Assembly: GCA_036574205.1 (NCBI GenBank)
Contig: JAINCQ010000008.1
Span: 1-19,455, forward strand
DNA length: 19,455 bases
Direction of reading: 5' to 3'
Origin: Elusimicrobiota bacterium
GTDB lineage: Bacteria > Elusimicrobiota > Elusimicrobia > Elusimicrobiales > UBA9959
Shown here: positions 1 through 7,616 of the stretch, piece by piece
Position numbering within the stretch: the first letter of the stretch is position 1
Layout: every line of letters begins with the position of its first letter
Position numbers and translations under genes: made by a program
The notes under the pieces: generated by a model
What the model was told of the DNA's origin: nothing
The model's database searches: none
The model's input: only the letters and a program-made list of their open reading frames with translations

Positions 1-227
1 TTGAGGATGTATTTTCGATAACTGGAAGGGGAACAGTTGCGACTGGCAGGGTTGAACGAGGGAAGATAAAGGTAGGGGAAGCGGTTGAGATAGTAGGCTT
101 TGGCAAGACCTATCAATCAGTGGCTACAAGACTTGAGATGTTCAGGAAGTTGCTAGATGAGGCTATAGCTGGAGACAAGATAGGCATTTTATTAAGGGAT
201 ATAAGCAAAAATTTTTTTAGGATTTAA
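1..227 (+). pseudogene. tuf: 3' end of a truncated, degenerate elongation factor Tu sequence (domain II only; 5' part lies outside the window)
   Basis: Frame from nt 3 reads [74 protein letters not shown], clearly EF-Tu domain II (EDVFSIxGRGTVxTGRVERG, EMFRK). Similarity ends near nt 205-210 and TAA at 225-227 occurs before the ERGQV motif; no domain III follows. Not in the ORF track. Confidence 0.85.
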
Positions 228-298
228 ATATTATTTAACGAGATTTAAATGAGTCAGATAAATAAGTATTATAAAATTTGTTTCATTTAGGAGGATGA

Positions 299-1315
299 AT
301 GATATATTTTGAAGCAAAACAAATTATAAAAAAGTGTTTATTAGCAAAATTACCCTGTTTTATATGGGGTGGACCTGGTATTGGTAAGAGTTCCTGTGTC
401 AGAGAAATTTGTGATGAAGAAAACACAGAGTTATTCGATATACGGCTTAGCCTTTTAGATCCTACTGATTTAAGAGGCTTACCTTTTCCTAATAAAACCA
501 GGGGAATTGTAGAATGGTTGGTTCCCGATTTTTTGCCGCCATCTAATTCAAAACAGAAGATAGTGCTTTTTCTTGATGAATTTAATTGCGCTCCAAAACA
601 GGTTCAGATGGCAAGTCTTCAGTTATTGCTGGATAGAAAATTGGGAAATTATATTTTACCTGAAAATGCTGCTATAATTGCGGCAGGGAATCGTGAAGAG
701 GATATGGCATTTGTAAATATACTCTCTTCTGCTGTTTGTAATAGATTGGTGCATATTCATTTAAATCCTGATATTGATAGTTGGACTAATTGGGCGGTAT
801 CTCATAATATTCTACCGGAGATAGTTGGTTTTTTAAATTTCAGACCTGAATTACTCTTTAAATTAACTGGTGAAAAATCTTTCCCTTCTCCAAGAACATG
901 GGTAATGGCAAGTGAGCTCATTAATAAAACAAAAATAACAGATATTAAAGAAATAAAAACAATTATTTCCTGTTGTGTTGGTGATGGGGTGATGTCTGAA
1001 TTTATTAGTTGGTATAAAAATTATAAAGATATAGATGTAAAATCTATTTTACAAGGCAAGTATCCTGATCTTGAATCTAAAAATGCTTCATATAAATATG
1101 CAATTATAATTGCCTTAGGTTATTATTTGCAAAATCATGGTTTTAAAAATTCTGAAGCTAATATAGCTAACTTTTTAAAATTATTTAATCCTGAGTATAG
1201 AGTTTTGTTTCTTAAAGCTTTAAAAAAAGAAGAATTAGTTCGCCAGTTATGCATGCATAAATCTATGAAGGAGATGGCTTCTCAGATATTAAAAGTTACA
1301 ATTGGGGAGATATGA
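299..1315 (+). CDS. MoxR-like/dynein-related AAA+ ATPase (AAA_5 type)
   Basis: Walker A WGGPGIGKS, DLRGLP insert, Walker B LFLDEFN, sensor AAGN, NRL arginine finger, FPSPRTW motif; SD AGGAGG at 289-294. Confidence 0.9.
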   Translation: MIYFEAKQIIKKCLLAKLPCFIWGGPGIGKSSCVREICDEENTELFDIRLSLLDPTDLRGLPFPNKTRGIVEWLVPDFLPPSNSKQKIVLFLDEFNCAPKQVQMASLQLLLDRKLGNYILPENAAIIAAGNREEDMAFVNILSSAVCNRLVHIHLNPDIDSWTNWAVSHNILPEIVGFLNFRPELLFKLTGEKSFPSPRTWVMASELINKTKITDIKEIKTIISCCVGDGVMSEFISWYKNYKDIDVKSILQGKYPDLESKNASYKYAIIIALGYYLQNHGFKNSEANIANFLKLFNPEYRVLFLKALKKEELVRQLCMHKSMKEMASQILKVTIGEI

Positions 1316-1620
1316 GGAAAAAATTCTATTTTTTTAAGAAAAAGATTGAGAAAATACAGCAGATGGGAGACTATAGTTTTTCTCTGTTAAAGTCAGAGGA
1401 AAATGAAGTACAGATTTTTTTATGTCATGGTGGAATAAAGGAATACACAATAACTTTATACCATGATCCCCAAAAAAAACCTGTATGCACATGTTTTGAT
1501 TATGAAAGGTCAATAAAAAATGGAATTTATTGTAAACATATTATAAAACTTTTGTATCAACTTGGGCGAGAAGGTGAGTTGCTTTCAATTTTATTATCGG
1601 AAGGTGAAAATGCAACCTGA
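1312..1620 (+). CDS. small SWIM zinc-finger protein
   Basis: CTC-x12-CKH (CxC...CxH) preceded by a beta-strand-like YTITL segment; ATGA overlap with the ATPase stop codon. Confidence 0.8.
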   Translation: MRKKFYFFKKKIEKIQQMGDYSFSLLKSEENEVQIFLCHGGIKEYTITLYHDPQKKPVCTCFDYERSIKNGIYCKHIIKLLYQLGREGELLSILLSEGENAT

Positions 1621-2701
1621 AGAAATAATTTCAAATGTAATAATTAGATTGATAACATTGAATCCTTTTTTTGGTGTTCTTTTAAGTAGTTTGGAAAAAA
1701 TTAAAGATGAAACGATAATATATAATGGGAAACCTACATTTGCGACTGATGGTTTTAAAATTTTTTATCATCCTCAAGTTTTAACATTGTTTACTTTATC
1801 AGAACTTGAAGGTATTTTATTACATGAAGTTTTACATGGCATTTTTGAACATTGTTTAAAATCAAGAATAGGTAATAGGAATCCTGATTTATGGAACATT
1901 GCTTGTGATATCGTGGTAAATATAGAGATAAAAGAGATGGGTTATGATCTACCTGCTGCTTCTGCTTTTGATTATAGGTTCAGAGATATGTTGCCTGAAG
2001 AAATTTATGAAATATTAAACAAAAAATCTGCTGTTTTTGTGAAAAGATTTGATATTCATATGCCGCTTTTAGATGAGGATGAAGAAAAACTAACTAATCA
2101 TATCTTAACAGCATATGAAATATCCAAAGATTCAATTGGAGATTTACCGTTAGGACTTATTAGAGCTATAAATAAATTAAAGCCGTCTAAAATTAACTGG
2201 CAAAAAATTCTCCATTATATCGCTGGCGAAGCTCTGGCAAAAGATGAATTAAATTATCACCTGCCAAATAAAAAATATATTCCATATGACATATATTTAC
2301 CTTCTTTGAGGTCTTATACCAAAGGAAGCCTGATAGTTGCAATAGATACCAGTGGTTCAATAACAAATGAGCAATTAATCCAATTCGTATCTGAAATAAA
2401 GAAAATAAGTTATCTGGTAGATAAATTTTTTCTTATTACATGTGATGCTTCGGTTCATGAAATAGTAGAAATAGAACAGTTTGAAAATTTTTTACACAGG
2501 GTTTATTTCAAGGGTGGGGGTGGCACTGATTTTAATCCTGTTTTTAAAATTATAAGAGAGAAGAGATTAAATCCTGATTTATTAATTTATCTTACAGATG
2601 GCGAAGGTGACTACCCAGAATTTAGACCACCTTATCCAGTTTTATGGATTTTAACTAAAAATTATAATGTTCCCTGGGGGAATAAACTTGTGATTAGTTG
2701 A
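1610..2701 (+). CDS. HExxH metallopeptidase-like N-terminal domain + C-terminal vWA domain (DUF2201-like), 363 aa
   Basis: PTFATDG, LLHEVLH, WNIACD in the N-terminal domain; MIDAS IDTSGS, GGGTDF and LTDG in the C-terminal domain. Start revised from the track's 1562 to ATG 1610, which follows GGAAGGTG and overlaps the SWIM gene stop by 11 nt. Confidence 0.9.
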   Translation: MQPEEIISNVIIRLITLNPFFGVLLSSLEKIKDETIIYNGKPTFATDGFKIFYHPQVLTLFTLSELEGILLHEVLHGIFEHCLKSRIGNRNPDLWNIACDIVVNIEIKEMGYDLPAASAFDYRFRDMLPEEIYEILNKKSAVFVKRFDIHMPLLDEDEEKLTNHILTAYEISKDSIGDLPLGLIRAINKLKPSKINWQKILHYIAGEALAKDELNYHLPNKKYIPYDIYLPSLRSYTKGSLIVAIDTSGSITNEQLIQFVSEIKKISYLVDKFFLITCDASVHEIVEIEQFENFLHRVYFKGGGGTDFNPVFKIIREKRLNPDLLIYLTDGEGDYPEFRPPYPVLWILTKNYNVPWGNKLVIS

Positions 2702-2766
2702 TAATAAATGAAAATGTGAATAAACAATTTAGAATTGGATTAAATATTGGCGGAGTTATTTTGACC

Positions 2767-3350
2767 TGTGAAAAAGTTACGATACATATGCGATATTAGG
2801 GTTTAATAGTTTTGGTATGCAAAATTTCTTTATATTTCGTAGAATAAAAGGCTTAAGGAGAGCATATAATATGCTTAATAGCCTTAAGAACTTAAGCGAA
2901 AGCGAAGTGGCAAAGAAAAGGAAGAAGATAATAAAGTTTTATGAGTAGGAAAAAATATCAGTGGTTTGGTAAAGAAAAGATAAAGGTAATGCTGGATAAA
3001 TAAAGAGCTTACAAAGCGACAATGGAAGTGAGAATTTAGGAGAGTTTGACTTAGAATTAAAACGAGAAGGGATAGAACATAAATTTACATATCCAAGATG
3101 TCCGAGAATAAATAGCTATATAGAAAGGTATAACAGGACAATACAGGAGGAGTTTATAGATAATAACCTGGATATAATGCATGACAAAGAGTTATTGAAC
3201 AAGAAGTTAGCGGAATACCTGTCTGCGTGCAACGCACAGGCAGATTTGATATACTATAATATTGAGAGACCGCATAAATCATTGAATATGAAAGCGCCAT
3301 TAGAGTTAATTTTAAAAGATAAAATGTCGCAAATGTGTGTAACTCATACG
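2767..3350 (+). mobile_element. internally deleted IS481-family insertion sequence remnant
   Basis: Imperfect terminal inverted repeats: left TGTGAAAAAGTTACGATACATATGCGATATT (2767-2797) versus the reverse complement of 3323-3350, CGTATGAGTTACACACATTTGCGACATT. They enclose transposase fragments over only about 580 bp. Confidence 0.75.
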
Positions 3351-3359
3351 AAAACTTGA
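2817..3359 (+). pseudogene. IS481-family (rve integrase core) transposase pseudogene
   Basis: N-terminal piece 2817-2948 (MQNFFIFRRIKGLRRAYNMLNSLKNLSESEVAKKRKKIIKFYE*). C-terminal piece 3000-3359 in the same frame (LQSDNGSE...YPRCPRINSYIERYNRTIQEEF...YYNIERPHKSL). In-frame stops lie between them and the region holding the first catalytic Asp is missing. The track ORF 3177-3359 is only the tail. Confidence 0.88.
3218..3244. repeat. 27-bp GC-rich palindromic micro-insertion, in frame in the transposase remnant
   Basis: CCTGTCTGCGTGCAACGCACAGGCAGA with inner hairpin TGCGT-GCA-ACGCA and outer arms CTGTC/GGCAG. Removing it restores EYLIYYNxxRPH. Confidence 0.75.
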
Positions 3360-3384
3360 TTTATTTTTTTAAATTAGTTAAATT
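3356..3384 (+). promoter_or_regulatory. putative sigma70 promoter of the aminotransferase gene
   Basis: TTGATT (3356-3361), 17 nt, TAAATT (3379-3384); SD AGGAGG just upstream of ATG 3423. Confidence 0.4.
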
Positions 3385-3422
3385 ATTTGTAGAAGAAGAT
3401 GATAATTTTTTAGGAGGAAAAA

Positions 3423-4649
3423 ATGGTGGATATAGTAAAGAATCTTGCAACTGCTCCAAGAAGAACTAAAGCTTCTGTTATAAGAGAATTATTAAAGCTT
3501 ACAAATAAACCTGGAATTATTTCTTTTGCGGGAGGACTTCCGGATCCAGAGGTATTTCCTTATGATTTTGTGGTGGAATCTGTAAAAAGAATAATGTCCG
3601 AAAAAGGGAGGATAGCTCTTCAATATGGACCAACAGAAGGTTTGAATGAGTTGAAAGAAGAATTTATAAAATTTCTTGAAAAAGAGGAAGGAATAAAAGC
3701 AAAACCTGAAAATCTTCTTATAACAACCGCTTCCCAGCAGGCGCTTGATATAGTTGGAAGACTTTTTATAGATGCTTCTGACCCTATTTTAGTTGAATTG
3801 CCAAGTTATATGGGCGGGCTTCAGGTTTTTAAATCTTATGGAGCAGATTTTATTGGCGTTAAGATGACTGAGGATGGAATTATAACTACAGAACTTGAGG
3901 AAAAACTACAGTGGTTAAAAGATCAGGATGAACATTATAAATTTGTTTATTTGGTCCCGGATTTCCAAAATCCAAGCGGTGTTACGCTTTCAGAAAAAAA
4001 GCGAAAAAGGGTAATAGAGTTGTCTGAAAAATACAATGTTATTGTTGTTGAAGACTCACCTTATAGGCAGATAAGATTTGAAGGAAAAGCGCCAAAGATG
4101 ATATATAGAATGGATATTGAGACTAAAAAAACTAATAACATTATATCTTTATTTAGTCTTTCAAAAACTTTTGCTCCGGGCTTGAGAATAGGGATAATAT
4201 TAGCCCATGAACAGATAATAAAAAAGATGGTTATACTAAAACAATCTCTTGATCTTTGCACATCAAGTCTTAATCAGCTTATAGCAGCTGATTTCTTAAA
4301 AACAGGTGAGTTTTATAAGCATGTGGATAAGGTTAAAAAAGTTTACAAAACAAAAAAAGACGCAATGCTTTCTGCGCTTGAAAGGTATATGCCAGAAGGC
4401 GTTACCTGGACTAAACCTGAAGGTGGGCTTTTCCTGTGGGTTAGACTGCCTGAGACAATAAGCGCCGATGATATGTTTGAAGACGCAATAAAAGAAAATG
4501 TTGCATATGTTATAGGTTCCGCTTTCCATGTGGATGGCAGCGGAAAGAACACTATGCGTCTAAATTTTTCGTATGCTACTCTTAATGAGATAGAAGAAGG
4601 GATAAAAAGACTTGCTAAGGCAGTTAAGAATAAAATGTTAAGAAAATAA
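3423..4649 (+). CDS. PLP-dependent aminotransferase class I/II (LysN/2-aminoadipate transaminase-like, no HTH)
   Basis: ISFAGGLP, LQYGPTEG, FQNPSG, VEDSPY, PLP-lysine motif SLSKTFAPGLRIG, PEGGLFLW, RLNFS. Confidence 0.92.
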   Translation: MVDIVKNLATAPRRTKASVIRELLKLTNKPGIISFAGGLPDPEVFPYDFVVESVKRIMSEKGRIALQYGPTEGLNELKEEFIKFLEKEEGIKAKPENLLITTASQQALDIVGRLFIDASDPILVELPSYMGGLQVFKSYGADFIGVKMTEDGIITTELEEKLQWLKDQDEHYKFVYLVPDFQNPSGVTLSEKKRKRVIELSEKYNVIVVEDSPYRQIRFEGKAPKMIYRMDIETKKTNNIISLFSLSKTFAPGLRIGIILAHEQIIKKMVILKQSLDLCTSSLNQLIAADFLKTGEFYKHVDKVKKVYKTKKDAMLSALERYMPEGVTWTKPEGGLFLWVRLPETISADDMFEDAIKENVAYVIGSAFHVDGSGKNTMRLNFSYATLNEIEEGIKRLAKAVKNKMLRK

Positions 4650-4666
4650 GTTTTTAAAATTGAAAT

Positions 4667-5065
4667 ATGGGAGTTAAAATTACAGCTAAATATATAGGAA
4701 ATGATAATGTTGAAGTAACTCATCTTCCAACTGGAGATAAAATAATAACAGATCTTCCAGTTGATAATGGTGGGAAAGGAAGGACTTTTTCTCCAACAGA
4801 TCTTCTTGCCTCGGCCGTTGCTTCGTGTATATTAACTATAATGGGTGTGGTAGCAAAAAGAGAAAATATTAATATTGAAGGATCTACTATTGAGATTGAA
4901 AAACATATGGCTGAAAATCCAAGAAGGGTTTCAAAACTTGTTGGAAAGATAAAAATTATTGGATCTTCAGAAGAAAAAAAGAAAAAACTTGTTTCGGTGA
5001 TAAAAAACTGCCCTGTATCAAAAAGTCTTCATCCTGATATTGAGTTAAAATTTGACATTGAATGA
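4667..5065 (+). CDS. OsmC/Ohr-family protein
   Basis: TDLPVDNGGKGRTFSPTDLL, conserved Cys pair in ASCILT and CPVSKSL. Confidence 0.88.
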   Translation: MGVKITAKYIGNDNVEVTHLPTGDKIITDLPVDNGGKGRTFSPTDLLASAVASCILTIMGVVAKRENINIEGSTIEIEKHMAENPRRVSKLVGKIKIIGSSEEKKKKLVSVIKNCPVSKSLHPDIELKFDIE

Positions 5066-5691
5066 TCGGATATCTTTATCCTTTCTTTTAAATGACCTTT
5101 CAGGTCAAAAAAGATTTTCATAATTATAAAAACTATCAAAAAAGCATTGTTCAATTTTAAGAAAAGCATTAAAAAAGCTCCGGCAAGTATTGTTATATGC
5201 ATAATAACTATTCTTGAATATGGAGCAACCATAACCTGATCGACAGTAAGATAATTTTTTTCACCATTTATGATGAAATTTTTAAGAAATGAATAACCAT
5301 GACTTATAAAAAGAGCTATAAGCATTATTTTTATGTTTAATACACTGGCTATAAAATTATCTGATAGTGAAGAGCTGCTTTTAAATCCTCCAAGAACAAG
5401 CCCAAATAAAAAAACTCCGTGAACAAACATAAACATGCCAAAATGAAAACAAAAAAACATAGCCATAAAAATTTTTAAAATAGCCATATTGACAGGTATT
5501 TTTATTTGGGGTTTGCTTATTTTTGAGGCTAAAAGAATTTTAAAGATATTGAAAAATCCTATAACCCCGCTTTCAGCCCAGTAAACTGTCAAAATTTCGT
5601 TAAGAGACCAATGATTAAATGAAACCATAAAAACAGGAATAATATTTGAAGCAATTAAAAAATAAGCTGAAGTGGTAAGTTTTGAAAACAT
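5029..5691 (-). CDS. integral membrane protein, DUF6498-like
   Basis: Multiple hydrophobic helices; YWAESGVIG, FHFGMFMFVH, SHGYSF and PYSRIVIMH motifs; 37-nt convergent overlap with the OsmC gene. Confidence 0.7.
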   Translation of the reverse strand: MFSKLTTSAYFLIASNIIPVFMVSFNHWSLNEILTVYWAESGVIGFFNIFKILLASKISKPQIKIPVNMAILKIFMAMFFCFHFGMFMFVHGVFLFGLVLGGFKSSSSLSDNFIASVLNIKIMLIALFISHGYSFLKNFIINGEKNYLTVDQVMVAPYSRIVIMHITILAGAFLMLFLKLNNAFLIVFIIMKIFFDLKGHLKERIKISDHSMSNFNSISG

Positions 5692-5747
5692 AATATATTT
5701 ATAGCAAATTTTAAGATAACTTTTGTAAAATGAATTATAATAATGTT

Positions 5748-6320
5748 ATGAAAAATATTTTTTATATTATTCCTTTTTTGTTTTTAATCTCATGTTCTGG
5801 AATTAAAAGAAATTTCTGGCTAAATCAATTTGAGGTTTGTTGTAAGATAGAAAAGACTCTTGAAAGAGATGGGCAAAAGCTTGAATTTAAAGATAATTTT
5901 TTTGAAGATGATTATTTAAAACTTTCTGCTGAGTTTGATATAATGGAGGGAATAAAACTTGATATTACAAATAAATGTGGGGTAAATTCTTATATCTACT
6001 GGGATAAGGCTTATTATATTGATGAAAGAGGAGAAAAATTCAATATTACTATTTCGCAACTGCTATTTAATGAGAAATCAGAGTTAAGTAATATTTCTAT
6101 CTTACCTCCATTTATAGACATAAAGGTCAATTTGATTCCCCAAAATTATGTTTATAAAGAAAAAAATATCTGGCATAATAAAACAATGCTTGATTTCTCT
6201 TTTCATCCGCAAGAGTATCTTTTTAAAAAAACCTCGCTTAATTTTGAATATATTTGTGGTAATATAACTTTAAGATATCTTCTTTCCTTTGGGATAGTTA
6301 ATAAGTATTCTAAAGATTAA
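5748..6320 (+). CDS. hypothetical lipoprotein
   Basis: MKNIFYIIPFLFLISC is a signal peptide II with lipobox LISC. ATG 5748 is preferred over 5730 because it lies 6 nt after TATAAT (5736-5741). Confidence 0.65.
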   Translation: MKNIFYIIPFLFLISCSGIKRNFWLNQFEVCCKIEKTLERDGQKLEFKDNFFEDDYLKLSAEFDIMEGIKLDITNKCGVNSYIYWDKAYYIDERGEKFNITISQLLFNEKSELSNISILPPFIDIKVNLIPQNYVYKEKNIWHNKTMLDFSFHPQEYLFKKTSLNFEYICGNITLRYLLSFGIVNKYSKD

Positions 6321-6372
6321 GTTTTACAATTTTTATATTTTTTTCCTGTTTGTTTATTATTATATATTTGTC

Positions 6373-6430
6373 ATTTAGGTCTAAATATTTTTATTTTTTC
6401 CCCTTTAGACCTATGTTTTTAGACTTTAAA
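6373..6430. promoter_or_regulatory. cluster of three TTTAGAC-type palindromic/inverted motifs, putative operator
   Basis: ATTTAG-GT-CTAAAT palindrome (6373-6386). TAGGTCTAAA (6376-6385) is the exact inverse of TTTAGACCTA (6404-6413). A third copy TTTAGACTTTAAA is at 6418-6430. Confidence 0.45.
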
Positions 6431-6471
6431 TTTTATAAAAAATAATTATGAGAGTGAAATCAGGAAGTAAA

Positions 6472-7566
6472 ATGAAATTTTTAGCCTTTTTGTTTTTTTC
6501 TTTTAATTTATTTGTTTTTGCTCAAAATAGTAGAGATTTAAATTTAGATTTATTTAATTTAGAAATGGAAAATTCGATAGATAATATACCTGTTTCTAAA
6601 AAATATGGGGTTTCATATTCTCTTACAGGAATAATAAAAATAGAGCAAAACGATATTTTGTTATATACAAAAGATGGCAGAATATTTAAACTGGATATAG
6701 ACTTAAAGAAAGCTAAAAAATATGAGAATAAATCTGTTGAGATATATGCAAAAGCGATTGCTTCTGATAATATTTCCTTGTTAAAAGTAAAAGAGATAAA
6801 AGAGTATAATCCAGTAAATGAAATTCAGCTTCCAGATTTCCAGAATAAAAGAAAGCCTGTTACAATAATTTCAAAAAACGGTAGTAAATATTTGTTAAAA
6901 AATGTAAGATGGCATCCTGAAAATTTTGAGGAAAAAAATTATCAGTGGATGGAGGTTATAGTTGATATTTCTAGACTAAAAGAGATTTATTTTGTAAAAA
7001 AACCCTTTACCCCTGAAATAATAGCCGCCCATTCACTTTTGTTATTTAAATTTGAGAAAGGTGGAGTTGTTGATTTAAAGGGTAGAGAAACTGATAGTAT
7101 AGTTTTATCTATTGAGGCTTATCTTAGAGAAGGCAAAACGTATTCTCTTATTGAGGGGATGAAAGATAGATTTAACATAATCTGGCTTTTTGCTACCTGG
7201 AAAGATTATTCTTATAGAACAATCTTATTTGATAAAGATAGCCATAGTCTTATACTCTATCCTGTTAAATTAACTCTTGAACAAAAAAGAGAAGTTCTTG
7301 AATATGCTATAAACCAGGCTGCGGTAAATAGAACTGGAGAGTATTATAACACAATAACCAACAATTGTACAAACAACCTTGTTATACTTATAAACAAGAC
7401 CTTACCAGAAAATAAAAAAATTAAATTATGGGAAATCCCATATCTTGTTTATAATATAAGAGCTACAATGCCAAACCTTGTAACTGATTATTTACAATCT
7501 AAAGAAATACTTGGTCCCGAGGTTTTTAAAATAACTTCACAGAACTATACTCAAGGTTTGCCTTAA
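6472..7566 (+). CDS. secreted DUF4105 / Lnb N-terminal-like (permuted papain-fold) protein
   Basis: Signal peptide MKFLAFLFFSFNLFVFA after AGGAAG (alternative start 6448); AAHSLLLFKF, LSIEA and YYNTITNNCTNNL motifs giving a His...Cys pair. Confidence 0.72.
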   Translation: MKFLAFLFFSFNLFVFAQNSRDLNLDLFNLEMENSIDNIPVSKKYGVSYSLTGIIKIEQNDILLYTKDGRIFKLDIDLKKAKKYENKSVEIYAKAIASDNISLLKVKEIKEYNPVNEIQLPDFQNKRKPVTIISKNGSKYLLKNVRWHPENFEEKNYQWMEVIVDISRLKEIYFVKKPFTPEIIAAHSLLLFKFEKGGVVDLKGRETDSIVLSIEAYLREGKTYSLIEGMKDRFNIIWLFATWKDYSYRTILFDKDSHSLILYPVKLTLEQKREVLEYAINQAAVNRTGEYYNTITNNCTNNLVILINKTLPENKKIKLWEIPYLVYNIRATMPNLVTDYLQSKEILGPEVFKITSQNYTQGLP

Positions 7567-7586
7567 TCTGAATATTTTCTTATAAT
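7558..7586 (+). promoter_or_regulatory. putative sigma70 promoter of the OTCase gene
   Basis: TTGCCT (7558-7563), 17 nt, TATAAT (7581-7586); SD AAGGAGG upstream of ATG 7617. Confidence 0.55.
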
Positions 7587-7616
7587 ATTTTTATGAAATT
7601 TATTTAAGGAGGAGAT

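Noticed and set aside
221..250. GATTTAAAT direct repeat (221-229, 242-250) upstream of the AAA gene as an operator or att site
   Set aside because: Short and nearly all A/T in very AT-rich DNA; I found no matching copy at the other end of the module.
1562..1609. Track start of the peptidase-vWA gene at TTG 1562
   Set aside because: It would overlap the SWIM gene by 59 nt; ATG 1610 has an SD-like sequence and a typical short overlap.
3177..3359. 60-aa ORF as an independent gene
   Set aside because: It is the tail of the IS481-family transposase remnant, whose frame extends upstream to nt 3000.
4061..4723. Three minus-strand ORFs (4061-4261, 4296-4529, 4343-4723)
   Set aside because: Antisense shadows of the aminotransferase/OsmC genes with no recognisable motifs.
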